Of a stretch of DNA of 64,000 nucleotides, positions 11,415 through 25,700 are shown in pieces. How positions within the stretch are numbered: the stretch's first letter is position 1; each line of letters starts with the position of its first letter. Source of the DNA: Cycas panzhihuaensis (lineage: Eukaryota > Plantae > Cycadophyta); NCBI GenBank assembly GCA_023213395.1, contig CM041465.1:133059741-133123740 (forward strand), written 5' to 3'. Position numbers and translations under genes: made by a program. Below the pieces are notes generated by a model, which saw nothing but the letters and a program-made list of their open reading frames with translations, was not told the origin of the DNA and searched no databases.

Positions 11415-13770
11415 GGTTATCCACTTCAGGGCCCTATTATCCACTCACATTCAAAAAGATCTATCCTTCTTCTTGATTAAGATGAAAGGTGCCACATAGG
11501 GGCTTTTACTTAGTGTAATAGCACCAGAATCGGGTAATTCTTATGTGATGGACAAGCAATGATAGGCCCTTTTTCTAGCTCCAACTCAATGATATGCTCC
11601 ATATTTTGGCTAGGAGGTGGTGTCTTGGGTATCTCTTGAAATACATCTTGGTAGCAGTCAAGGAGTTGATCTATTTAGTACCTTTGGCTTGAGGGTGACT
11701 CCTCCTTTAGAGTCTCTTCTTGAATGGAGAGTAATGCTATGATGAAGGCAACATGTTTTTGGAGAATCATCTTGCCTTTTTGTTTTTTTTTGCAAATATG
11801 ACTTTTGATCTTGGGGCGTTGATTCCTGTTAATTGATATTTGTGCCCATCACTTTTGAATCTGATAAAATTTTCGTCATGGTTAAGGGCATAGGTCCCTA
11901 GCATCCTTAGCTATTCAATTCCCAAGACTACATCAAAGCCCCTAATGTTAAAGGTGTAGTAATTGGCCAAAAACACATAACTGCCAGTATGCTATCGTTT
12001 GTGTTTGATTTCGCCATGGCATGTTAAGGCTTGTTCTACTAGAAGTGTGATATTGAATTCTTTTTTCTCCATGTTTAGTCCTAATTTTTTATCCACGCGT
12101 GTGTCAAAGTTGCAAGTGTTGCTCGCATCTATCAAGATCAGGACCACCTCCTTTCTCAGATACCCAAAAAGTTTGATGGTTTTAGGTCATGATATCCCTA
12201 ACATGGTAGATAGGAAATTTTAGTTGGTTGTTGTCCAATTCCTTTGCATGGATCGATGCCTCCTCAAGTGGTTCTTCCTTGAATTGTTCTTCCTTAGAGT
12301 ACTCCTGGTGTTCTTCCTCCTTCATCTTCAATGTCAACTTTTGCATTATATAATTTCTTTTATGTGCCTAAGGCCCTTTCTTTAGCCTTTTCTATTTCTT
12401 GAGCCTTTATGTTGCACTTGAAGATCAGCTTGTGTTTGGATTCCCTTGACAATTTTGAAACCCTTGAACGCTTGGCCCTGTTGGTTTATATTCTATCTTG
12501 CGGTTTGCGATGTTGAACCTTATCTAGATGATCTAATTCTTGGATTCAATTTGTTGTGTGAGGATGATAGCTTCAACCAAACTTTTTGGTTTGAAACAAC
12601 AAATTTCTTCTCAAATCTCAAGTTGTAGATTACTAATATAGAATGGAAGAGCTTCGGTGGAAGTATTCCTAGCCTCTAAATGAAGCTTTTCAAATTCTTC
12701 ATATATTGTTTTACTGTTCCCTTTGGAACTAGTGTGCCAGTTGGATATTATATAGATCACTCCATTTATCCTTTGTTCTACTCTTGAATTCCTCCACAAA
12801 GTGCTTGGACTAGGTCATTTTCCCTTATCTTTTCCAAAGAGTGGCCCACTGATACATAAAACCTATCAAATGGTGTTTTGCAAAGTTGATCTATTCCTAA
12901 CTGTTGATAATTTAGAGTGAATCAATGACATTTTCTATCTTGGCCAGCCACTCATTGGCATCAATATCCTCATCTTATGAAGAGATAAGTACCTTGATGT
13001 TGTGGCAAAATATTGGTGGGCATCGTTCACGAAATCTCCTATGGTTCTTTTAATCTTCCCCTTCCTTATTGGTGGTGTTGTCATTTTCCCAAGCTCATTC
13101 CTCCTTCAAGATCTTTCTTTTGGCCCAAGTCTTTCAACATCTGTCTCCTATCGTTCATGTTGACCTTCAACTTGACTCTATCACTTATGCTTGCCCATAG
13201 TTGTTGGGACTTGTCAAGATTTGTGCAAGAAATCAAAGTTCCTCAACATCTTTATCCATCATCCTTTTCTTTTTTGGGTATTCAACTTCTCCAAGCTTCA
13301 AAAATCCTAAGCAAAGCTCTGATTTGTCTAATCAACTAGTGATCTCCTCAATCCCCTTCCAATGCCTAGTTGAAGTGCTCTTCTGCCAAGGGGATTCTCC
13401 AAACTTGTTATGCAGGTCATCAATATGGAAGGTCAATCTTCAAACTAAAATTACTACATCAAATTAGCTCCAAAATGCATCAAATTATAGCTTAGAATGA
13501 TAGTGTTTGAGTCAGGATTCTAGTAGTTTAGATGGAATCAAATTTCAACGCCTATAGTAGAAGTTATGGACGAAAACATCCAGGTACCTCCTTTTTAAAA
13601 TTGAAGTGAAAAAAAAAAAATTAGGCTCAACTCCCCTAAGGTTTCAATCCCTGGTCACTTGCAGCTCCAATGTGACCATTGGCTTGCAAATAGGGCTAGC
13701 AGACTCTAATGATTGTCTTGGCCTTTCCTATAGGTGATTGTGAAGTCAAAAACTTGGAGGCGTTCATATT

Positions 13771-16700
13771 TGTGGGTTTGGTCCTCATCATCCTCCAAAC
13801 TAACTACCTTTTTCTTGCTTTCATGATGATTTTGTAAGCCTTAGGGCACTCTAAATTGTAAGCCTTAATCCTAGAATGTTGTCTTTTCTGTTTTGGAAAA
13901 ATTACCTCTTATGGCAACATTTTGATGTATTTTGTACAATGACATAATTACCGACTTACCGGCATCTATAATGCAGTAACTCAATAGTTATCAACAAACT
14001 ACTAATGACTAGCTGCAAACATGTAAACAAATTAAGACTTTATGCTTTGTGTGACGAAAACCTACCAAGACTTATAAGCGGTTGTCACAACTTACTAGGT
14101 CATGTATAAATATTTTTTCTCATTGTTAATGAAGCAATAGAAGGGATTTTTCATAATTCATTCATTGTTCTTATTCCCGTGTATGTGTGCCCATTTAACT
14201 TGTCTTGAATAAACCTTTGTGCCGTTATTGCAGACAAGTGGGGAATGCTGCCAACTACAAGTGTGGGAATTCCTAGGGGGAATTCCCACCTCAAACACAG
14301 ATAATTTCCACAAACAAGACTATTTTGTAGATATGGATACAAATGGCCAAGGAAATAAAGCAAATACTAAAGAGAAAATGCACCATTCACATCTTTATAG
14401 GCCAAATAGACTAATTATCAAGCAAAATAATGCTGAATATATATGCACACTAAATAAAAAAAACTTACAATAGATAAAATACTAACACAAACTTCCTCTT
14501 CAAGGCAAAGTGTCCTCTTCAAGCAACTCTTAAGGGTCGAAAATATAACAAATCCAAAACCAAATTCATGCCCTAATCTGGAGCTGAAATGCCCCATATA
14601 TAAGTGGGCAAATCTAGATTAGTGAAGTTGACCAGAATTTGGAGTTTAAGTTGGCTAGAATAAAAGATTTAAGTCAACCTGACTAGTTCATGAAATCAAC
14701 CAAAATAAGGGGGTAAGGTTAGCCAAATTAGCTTTAAGAAGGTGGTTAGAGACTAGTTTAGAAATGCCACAAGTCTTTCCCCCTGAAAGCATGCTTTTCC
14801 CTCAAAGCATGGGAAGGGTTGTATGTTATTGGTACCATTCCTAAGATTCCCAAGTAGCTTCTTCATTGTCATGAGTCTTCCACTTGATCAAGCACTCACA
14901 AATTTTTTTGGGAATGTAGCTTCCTAGTTCATATCTATAAGATGTCGTTTGGTTCTACTATCATCTTCCCTTCTTCATCCAATGATGGTAATTCCGTTTG
15001 CGGAATGGTAGTTTGTCCTAGATTGTGTTTGAGGCAAGAAACGTGGATGACATTATGGCTGTGGCTAGTTGAGTCAATACGCCACTTCACCCACCTTGTC
15101 TAAAATCTGATATGGGCCAAAGAATTGTGGTTGCAATTTGAATTTTCATTATTATTTCAAAGTGTTTGGTTTATATGGTTGAAGCCTTGCTTCAAATGAT
15201 CTTTACATTCTGTGTAGGTCAGTTTGTTGTTTTATTTGATTTTTCTCCAAATTAACATTGTCTTTAAGAATTTGCATTGTTTACATCATTTGCTCTTGTT
15301 GTTCTTGTATGAATTAGAATCAAGAACTACTAGCCCATGCAAGAAGTATGCGACGTTGTGCTTACTAGTTGTGTAGGCGATGTTGGTGGTGCCTGCAACT
15401 TATACTTGTGTCCCTTCTAGAAGAAGGGCTCATAAAAACATGTCTTGTAGTTGGTAACAATATTTCCTAGGTACAACAACCATTGAATATCAAGGATTAC
15501 GTTGACACTTATTGGCATAACAAACATGCTTCTATTGACAAAGTACTCTACTATTTGTAAGTGCACCTTATTGCAAAATTCTCCATAGGGCATACCAAGC
15601 TTAGTTGTTGTAGGCCTATTGATAAAATTATGAATACTACCACTGTCTACAAGAACTAATATCTTTGCATTTTTATCACCCCTTCAAACTAGAGTGTCTG
15701 AGGCATGTTGGCCTCTCCTGTAATGGCTTGTAATGATATCTATACATTTTTAGCATCGGTCTCATTAAGTAACTCCTCGATAATTGCTACGTCATCGACT
15801 GGCAACAATGGTTCTTCTATTGAATCTTCCATGTCAGAAAGGTCTATGTCTTCATTGCTAACCATAAACACCTTTCTAGCTGGGCACTTGTGGCCACAAC
15901 TCCATTTCCCATTACAATCAAAGAACATTCCCATCTTTAGATGTTCGTCCTAGGACAATTTACTTCTGGCTAGTTCACTTTCTTTTTCCTTTGTAAATGT
16001 AGGCTTGACTTTCGTGCTAGAGGAGTGCCAATTGGGCAGGTCACTCTAACCTTGATATCTAAAATGTTCATTACAATGAACATGACTCTGTCTGGATTTC
16101 CTAAATTTAACTTCAATAATCCTCGCTTGGTGGATTGGTTCTTTTAATGTCTCCATTCCTAATGTTTTTAGGTGAAACTTAACGGTTCCTTTAAGCCTTG
16201 CAATATATGACTCTAGTAGTAAATTGGGATTGACTTTAGTGATAATTAGGCTCTGTAAATTCTAAAATTGCTCATTATAGGCCTACGTTGTACTAGTCTA
16301 TTGTAACCGCATAAGTTGGGAAAAATGGTTCGCGTTTCAAATGTCTTTGTATTGCTCTATTAGAGACTTCTTCAAGAAATCCCAATTGTAATGTGATGTT
16401 CCCTAGTAATTTTTATTGCACCAAGGGAACCATTTAAGTACCTTCCCATTCAAGTGAAGGGATGCTGCCAAGATTTTGTCCTTCTTAAAACTAGGATTCA
16501 TCTAAAAATACATATCCATTTGAATTATCCAACTTTGAATTGCCTTCAATTTCTCTAGGCCAAACTTTTCTAGAAGAAGTGTAGAGCTCTTGAGACCAAC
16601 ATTTGGCATATCTTTATCTTTTCTTTTTCTATCTTCTCTTCCATTTTCCCCATAGTTGTAACAATTTTTTCTTCACACTCCTCACCTCCTTGTTCATTCT

Positions 16701-19700
16701 CCATCTTAGGTTGATCTAATAACCCTCTGGAACACAAGGTTTTATTTATGTCATCTATGCCCATTGCCAATTCTTCAATTGTTTTTGTCATGTCTTCCCA
16801 TAATTGGTTGTGCCTTTTGAGCATTTGATTGTTTATAACATCGAGTCTCTTGTTGACAACCTCAACTATTACTGATTGGGTGCTCACCATTTCTTTTGGC
16901 CTTAATTCCAGTCTTAAAAAAAAAATGGCCCCGATAATGAGGCTTTGATGCTACTTGTGGGACTTCCTAGATGGAATTCACACTTCACACACATAATTTC
17001 CATAAACAAGACTATTTTGCAGATATTGATATAGATAACGAAGGAAACAAAGAAAATGTTGAAGAGAAAAATGCAACATCCACAACTTTATAGGTCAAAT
17101 AGATTGATTATTAAGTGAAATAATGCCAAACATATATGTACAATAAAATACTGAAACTTACAATAGACAAAATACTATCACAAGCTTCCTCTTCATCAAA
17201 AATATGGAGGATTCAAAGCTGAATTGATGCCCTAATCTTGAGCCAAAATGCCCTATATATAGGCAAGCAAATCTAGACTAGTGAAGTTGGCCAGAATTTG
17301 GAGTTTAAGTCAGCTAGAATAAAAGGATTTAAGTTGGCTAGACTGGTTCATGAAGTTGACCAAAATAAGGGGGTAAGGTCAGCCAAACTAACTTTAAGAA
17401 GTTAGTCAGAGACTAGTATAGAAATGCCACAGTAGGGGCAACACTATGAGACAGTGCCCATGTATTTTAGTTAGTTTCTTTTGTATTTTGTTTGTTGGGT
17501 CTTTACTTCTACATAGGGTTTATGATAGAAATGTGTGAATGGAAAAGCCAATAAGCAAGTAGTTTAGTAGGAGTCTGATTGTTGCTTACAGAGCCTCAGT
17601 TGGTGACATTTTAATCTGTTGATCCACAAGCTTATGTACTCTAGATTGACAATATTTCTTTAGTGGGTTCTCGTAGAACTTTCATTGAAGTTGAAGAACC
17701 AATTCAAGAGGGATTGTTTTGGTGCCATTACTAGGAAACCTGACAACCAAAACATGTAGGTTGTGCACAAAGAGAGAGAGATGAGCATTAAAATTTCTTT
17801 TAATTGGGGTATGAACAACCAACATCAAGACGTCTTGGGAAAGTTCACAACTGAGCATTCTCAATCATTTCAATGGAGCCCAAAGAAAAAATGGACTAGT
17901 CCCAAAAAGGAACGAACCAACGAGAAAATCCAAGAATCAACTACGGTTGAAGATTGCAAGGATGGAGTATGAGGCATTGGGTTCCCAATTGCATTTGAGC
18001 AAAAAGACTAGTCTGGGTAGATGAAGGGGACCCCACACAATTTGCCATAGTTCCATGGTAAAATGTTTGAAGACCCTGATGTCTTTCTCTTTGAATTTGA
18101 TGTGCTTTATTGAAGCCATGATTATCTATCAAATGCCCAACAATTGAAATTATTCTCATCTACATTAAAAGACAATACACTTAGATGGTTGATGACAGTC
18201 CTTATTGGTTCCATTCATTCATGGAAAGAAATGAAGGAGCTAATCTTAGAAAAAATAGAGAATTCCAACAAGATGAAGACTTGAGAACTCAAATCTTGCA
18301 AATTAAGGAAAGGGAAGATGAATCAATAGAAGAATGCACCGAGAGGATGGAGTATTTACTCCAACATTGTCCAAACCATTGGCATCTAAAGAGTACGATC
18401 AAGATAGTATTCTTAGTTGGATTGGATGAATTTGTACAAATGTGGCTGGAAATCTCAGGATCAACTAAGTCTACAACAATTCTATTTGAACATTTAAAGG
18501 CCCTCAGTGTTAAGTATAATAAAACCATGAGAAAATGGGGAACCAAAGTTGTTGGAATTAATAGAGTCTATGTTGCTAATAGTGAATTTGTTTTAGGCCC
18601 TATTTCAAGGGTGGAGCTAATAAATGTGTTGGGAGATGTAAAGCGAGAAATACTCTCAACTATGGCAGAGCAACTCACCCTCTTGGAGATAAAGCAAAAA
18701 GAGGAGAAGAAAATATCTCCTCTTATAGAAAGATCGAATCACTAGATGCAACAAGAAGAAGAGGTTGCAAAATTGAAAGAATGATCTGCAAAACCCACTA
18801 TCTCAAGGGTATGTCAAGAATCTTCTGCAGTCCTTTTTTTTGCAAGAAAATACATACTTTCCTATTTCATAATCAACATATTTTATGGCTTTGAAAATTT
18901 TTCATAATATAGACAAACTGTTCTTTGTTCATTCCCTCAAGATCCATGTTATGTTGCACAAAATTCATTTCAAGGCCAGTAGCAAGGATGTCAAAACTTG
19001 CAACAACAATTTCCTCATAATTTTTAATAACCATTTAATGGCCAATTAAATCCCCAAAATAAATTCATGGAATAACTATTTAATGCTAATGTGGGTTAGA
19101 ATTTTTATAAAGAAGCTTTGCCAAATCACAATGCTTCACCCCATGGTATGCCCCCAACATTGACTCTGCCCACCCAAGCCATTCGAAATCTAGGAGAAAC
19201 AAAATAGAAAACACAAGATTCTACTCATATCGACTATTCTCCATAAGGACAACCATAATAGATAATAGAGAATTAACCACCAATGGAGATCAATGAGATT
19301 GTTCACTGTGATAGGATTCAACTTGATTTGACACTGTTACGAGAAGTTCCTAGACCAAAAAAACAAAGATTTGAAAAGTTGCCAATAATGCAACCATTGC
19401 AGCAACATGAAGAAGAGAAAGAAGATTCAAAACTAAACCATGCTACAGATCAACATGATGCAAAGAAGTAGATGAATAAGAAAGTGCCATATCTTGCCAG
19501 ATTGAAGCAAGAAATCTAGCAGGAACCTTTGGATTCCTAGATTTCAGGCAAGAGCTTGAGAATGTATACATTCATATACCATTGTTGCAGGCTATCCGAG
19601 ATACCCCAATCTATGTGAAGCATGTCAAGGACCTATGCTTGGGCTGGAAGAACAAAAAGTAGGAACCAAGATCAATTGCTTTGGTGGGGATGATAGCTAA

Positions 19701-22700
19701 CCTAATTCAAGGTGAAAAGCTACTCATGAAATATGGTGATCTAGGTAGCCCAAAGGTCAACATTGCCATTGATAGAACTAAATTAAAATGAGCATTGGTA
19801 GATTTAGTAGTAGGAATAACCTTAAGGACGTATGGACCATGCAATATCTTAACCTCAAAGGTATGCAACCAACCTGCCTAGTGCTTCGCATGGTAGATAG
19901 ATTGGTAGTACAACCAAAAGGGGTTTTGATAGACATCTTTGTCCAACTCTACGACTGGAATTTTTTGGTAGACTTTATGGGTGTCTAAACCAAGAGGGAT
20001 GTTGAAGGTTACCCAATCATTTTGGGGTGACCTTGGTTGGCAACAATGGACACAATGATCACATGTTGATCAGGAAAAGTGCTAATAGGAAATGGTGAAC
20101 AAACACAAGTTGTGTAGTAGCACCTCCTGTAATATTAGAAGTAGCACAAGATCAAGAGCAACTAAAGTGGATTGATTTCAATGATGAAGATGAAGACCTT
20201 AAGGATTTTACGACAAAATGGAATGAAGTGGACACTATATACCAACACTTGGGCATGGGTGAGTACATAGAAAAACCTTTGGCTTAGATAGATGTAGAAG
20301 TAAAGCAAGAGGCATTCAATGAATTAAAAACTAATAGCCAAGAAATTTGTGTTAGTAAGGAAGTTGTATCTCTGTGCACCATTGAAACATAAATGAATGG
20401 TATGAATGAGAAAGATAGCGAGGAGCTTGAGACATGCCCAATGGTTTTCATAGAAAACAAACATTGCACATTGGAATAGGGTACACAAAAGAAGAATAGG
20501 GAAATATACGACATGCACCCACGCCATTTTTGGATGTGTTTGCTTGGTCATATGAAAATTTGAAGGGAATTAATTCTTGATTGTGTTAGCATTGTATTTT
20601 CATAGAGGATGGCAATATTCCAGTGAGACAACCTCAAAGGCAGCTTAATCCAAATAAGTTGCAGACTGTCAAAGAAGAGTTGAAAAAAAAATTGGATGCT
20701 TGGTTGGTTTATCCCATCTCTGATAGTTGACGGGTTTCTCCTTTGATGGTAGCCCCAACGAAAGGAGGAAAATGGATAATTTGTGTTGATTATAGGGAGT
20801 TGAACAAGGCAATAAGGAAAGATCATTTTCTTATTCCTTTTATTGATCAAGTGTTGGATAAACATCCAAGGAAAAAACATTTCTCTTTCCTCGATGGGTT
20901 TTCTAATTATAACTAGATACCAATTGCCTCAAAGGACCAAAATAAGACTACTTTTGCATGCCCATGGGGGACTTTTGCATACAGAGTGTTGCCTTTTGGC
21001 CTCTATAATGCATCAATGACATTTAAATGAGCAATAATCGATATATTTCTTCACTTTATCTATGAATTTGTTGAGGATTACATGGATGATTTTTCAATTT
21101 ATGCTGACACATTTGAGGAGGCAATTGAAAGGTTAGATTAAGTCAAAGGAACAGGCAAACGAATCTTTGGTTGAGTAGTGACAAAAGCAATTTGATGGTA
21201 CGAAAAGGCCTTGTATTAGGGCACACTATTTCAAAAATGGGAATTGAAGTTAATCTAGGAAAAATCAAGGTAATTCAATGACTTTACCTAAAAAACTTAA
21301 AGAATTGAGAGGATTTTTTGGGCATGTATGCTATTACAAAGGTTTTATTAAAGATTCTAGCAAGATAGTTACTCCTTTGTATCGTTTGCTTTAGAAAGAT
21401 GTTCCTTTTGAATGGAATGATGTCTGTACAAAAGCCTTTCAAAATTTGAAGGGGCGATTGATGCAAGCTCCCATAGTTTGAGGGCCTAATTGGACCAAGA
21501 CATTTCACATACACATAGGCACCTCAAACATAGCTTTAGGAGCGTTGTTGTCATAGTTTGATAATGGGAAGGAACACCTCATCTATTTCACTAGCAAATA
21601 ACTTCATGGAGCTGAGATCAACTACATGATCTACAACAATGGTGCTGTCAAGCTTCGAAAGATATACACTCTTGAACAACAACTTTTTGTTAATGGATAT
21701 AGACTCGAGCTATATCTTCAACAATTCACTCGAGAACAATTTGTCTGGACAATGCACAAACAAGTTGACCTCTGGTTGATATAGGAAGAATGTTTTCTAT
21801 CATGGATATGGATGGTAGTTGCGGTCAACCAATAGAGTACTTAGTTTTCTTTTGTACTTGTAAATATGGGAAAAAACCCAGTTATTTATTTAGAATGGCC
21901 TAGGATGTAGGAGATCTATTTTTAATTTCATTTGATCAGCTACCTCCTATAGTGCACCTAGGATGGATTGATTTGCATGAACAAAAATATAATAACAACA
22001 AGAGAAAGATAGAAAAAGGAAAAGTATAAAACACTCATGCAACACAATGCAATATGCAAGCATCTTATCCTTCATGTTGAAGACCTTGTTAATCTTCAAC
22101 ATAAGATAAAAATATTGCAAGGACATGGGCTCTGATTCATGAATGGCATACATCTGTACAAGAAGACAACAACATAACCCATTAGATTTGTGCCATCTAC
22201 ACTACCAGTTAACAATGATCATTCAAGAATGTGCATTTTCCTTGCATAAGTAAGAAGTTAGCACACATTTAAGCTGATCTATTATTAATTTATACTACCT
22301 AAAGACCATCTTAATACCACATCATATAAGGGAAATATTTAATCTTTTGTATCCCTAAGTGAAAATGTATTCATTGACACAAGTAGGGGGAAGAAAAATG
22401 CATAACCCAGACTAGGTTGTTCACTATCATATGATTTAATGCATGGTTACTGGAGGTAACCAATTTGAGTTTTTTTCCCGAGAGGCAGGGGAGGGGGGGT
22501 GTGAGGCATCAAGATGCCTAAAGGAAGGTCCCATCAAATCAAAGTGTGGAAGGTCAAAAAGTGTAGCAAAGCTCAAAGAATGCTCATGTATTTGTTATGT
22601 GGGGACAAAGAAATTTAGAATAGAGTCTTGTAAGAACTCAAGAGTTGAGTCACAACAATTTAACCAACAGAGGTAATGGATATTAACCGGCAAATAGAGG

Positions 22701-25700
22701 TGGCAAATTTAGCAAACAAATAGAGGCAATGGATTTTAATTCAACAGGCTTCACAAATTCGTGAGTGATTTTCTAAGTACAAAAATCATTGTCTGAATCA
22801 TTCAGTTAGTAGAACAAAAGGGGAAAATGTAGCTCAGGTCAAAGCATATAACCGAGGCTAGGAAGGCAATAGATGCACCAAAACTGGAGCAAGGTTCATT
22901 TGTGGAAGAGATTGTAACCACAACCTTAGAAGGAACAAAGTCGAAAATTTTCTTAGGAGAAACATTCACCCATAGTAAGAAAAAAAAAATGATCCAAGGA
23001 AATAATGTCAAAAGGAGGGAAGAATCCAAAATTTACTCCCAACAAGAAGATGAATTCAAAAACCCAACAATAGAGAATAAAAAGAAGAATCTGATGGGTT
23101 ACTCACAAGAAGGTGAATGCAGAAGGAATAGGAGGTGATTTGTTGAAGATCACGATAAGGGTAGAGCTAGATTCAAAGCATATAATTGATGAAAATCTCT
23201 AGCTTTAAGACAACCTAAGAAGGAATGATTTATGGTATCTTTGTTACTCTTAGTTCCCATCTTTTACTAGAGGAGATATAGAAGAATATATTACAAATTT
23301 TAGAGATGAAGAGGACATGAGATCTAAATCACTCCAAATTTGTTTGCGAAGTCATTGGGAGTGTCTAAAGAAGGGGCTATTTGGCAGTCACAAACTAAAA
23401 AGGGGGAATTCCAGGAGTTAATAAAATGTCATGACTAAAGAACATCGAGGACAAAAATTTCCTAGGGGAGTGCCTATAATTTTCATCATTGAACCATGGG
23501 GATTATTGGCTAACATGTTACCTAAGCATGTTTTTTGTTCAGTTCAACCTACTTATGTAACAACTTAGCATCTCTAAATTTTGAACACTTGGAGGGAAGA
23601 AAAACAAATGAACATGGGAGAAATCATAAAATCAACTCTTAAATGAAACATAAATACAAAGACTCATAAACTACAACATTCAAAAATCTAAACCGAAGGG
23701 GGAGACAAAGCAAGAAGATTAGATCCTTGAAGGGAAGAATTTAGTTTCTTGAAAGGAAGTTGGGGAGAAGATAGAGACAAATTTTGTCCTTGAAAACAAA
23801 GTTAAAATAGTTACAGGAAAAGGTCTATGAAATGAGCAAATAGTTGGAAGAAGGTGGGAAGAAACAAGCCCAAAATTTGACAAAAACAGTGATAGAAAGA
23901 TAGGAGGAGGAATTGAAATATGACAAGCACAAGGAAGAGAAATTTAAGATCTCTACGGCAATGTTCAATTTGTTAGAGTTAGTCCATACTTGTAGAATAC
24001 CTCTTAGGACACATACAATATCATATATCAAGAGAAAGTTGCTTTCCTTAGAATTCGGTCATGTTTAACAATGAGTCCATTGGTGGATGGTTCATGGGAA
24101 ACCTTTAAATCTTTCTGAGAGATTTATAACAAAGATGATAAGGATTTGATGGATGAAATGTTTTTGTGCAATGAATTTAAATGCTCATTAGAGGAGAACC
24201 CCAATAATTTATGGGGAATATTCATAGCATAACTTGCTGATCAACTTGCATGAATGAGATGAAGAGGGCTACGACTGAGGAGGCATATAGGAAAACGGAG
24301 TATGTTATTCATCAACCTATGAAGAAGAACAATTAAAGTCTTGTTGAATCAATTACCCTTCATAACAAACTTAATAACTGAAGAGTAGGTTTGTTATGAA
24401 GGAAAACAATTGGAATCTTGTTGAATCAATTTCCCTTCATAACAAACTTATAGCTAAAGAGTATGTTTGTCGAACATATGCAGCAAGCCAACAACAAGTG
24501 TTATCTCATTGGGATGCTGAGAAGGAAAGGATGATGAGGTAGTAATGATGGTTTCAAAAGTTACACAAAGTTTGTGCAATGGTTTGAGATAGTTGGAGCC
24601 TTATTGTTATGATGAGTATAAGTTGGTAACCTCCAAAATTGTTAGGTGATATATAGACTCAGGGTGGTACAGGCCCATGGATTGGCATCATGTTTTAATC
24701 ACGCCTTCTCTTCATGCTTTTTTAGAAGCAAGTTGTGGCAAGACGAACACATCACTTTTCCTTTCGAGTGGCTTGGAGAGCCAATCTTGGAATGGACCTT
24801 GAGAAATGTTGATATTTTGAACTTACGACAAGAATATGCTTGATTGCATTGGCTAATACTAGATTCAACATCTAGACTTGATGTGCAAATTCTTTCCCAA
24901 CTAGAGCAAAAGATAAAAGACAATGAGAAACATATCAAAAGCAACCTATTAGGGATGAAGGGAAGACAATTAAGGGGAAAACAATGAGGCCCATTTTGTC
25001 CCTAATCACCCTCTGAATTGACTACCTTTTTCTTGCTTTCATGATGATTTTGTAAGCCTTAGGGCACTCTAAATAAGTCTTAGTCCTAGAATGTTGTCTT
25101 TTCTATTTTGAGAAAATTGCCTCTTATGGCAACTTTTTAACGTAACTCCTAACTTACTGACATCTGTGATGCAATAACTCAATAGTTACCAACAAATTGC
25201 TACTAGTTAGTTACAAACATGTAAACATATTAAGACACTATGTTTCATCTGACGACTACCTACCAAGACTTGCGAGCAGTTGTCATAATTTACTAAGTCA
25301 TGTGTAAATGCTTGTTCTCATTGTTAATGAAGCAATAGAAGGGATTTTTTAGAGTTCATTGGTTGTTCTTCCTCCCATGTTTGTGTGCCCATTCAGCCAT
25401 CTCGAATAGACCTCTATGCCACTGTTATAGATGAGAGGGGAGTGTTTCCAATTGTAGGGGTAGCACTATGAGATGGTACTTGTGTATTTTGGTTAATTTC
25501 TTTCTAATTTTGTTTGTTGGGCCTTTACTTCTACAAAGGGTATATGATAGAATCGTATGAATGAAAAACCAATTAGCAAGCAATTTAGTAGGAGTTTGAT
25601 TGTTGTTTGCAAAGCCTCAATTTGGTGACTTTTTAGTTTGTTGGTTCAGAAGATTTTGTATCCCAGGTTGATACAATTTCTTTATTGGGTTTCCATAGAA

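Larger units (their letters stand above)
3851..13770 (-). mobile_element. Ty3/Gypsy chromovirus-type element B (gag-PR-RT-RH-INT-chromodomain), interrupted by Copia A2; 5' LTR not seen
   Basis: Putative 3' LTR at 3851-4059 with PPT (CCCCTCCC on +). Integrase ORFs 4197-4433 and 4796-5149 (SDRDPKFTS, YHPQ); RNase H 5737-5925; RT on both sides of A2; protease ~11900-12200; decayed YLIK.KGL chromodomain ~4110-4190. Confidence 0.88.

Noticed and set aside
24375-24425. Hammerhead-like CTGAAGA...GAAA (retrozyme)
   Set aside because: No stem II can form, the cleavage triplet would end in G, and the second repeat unit has CTAAAGA.
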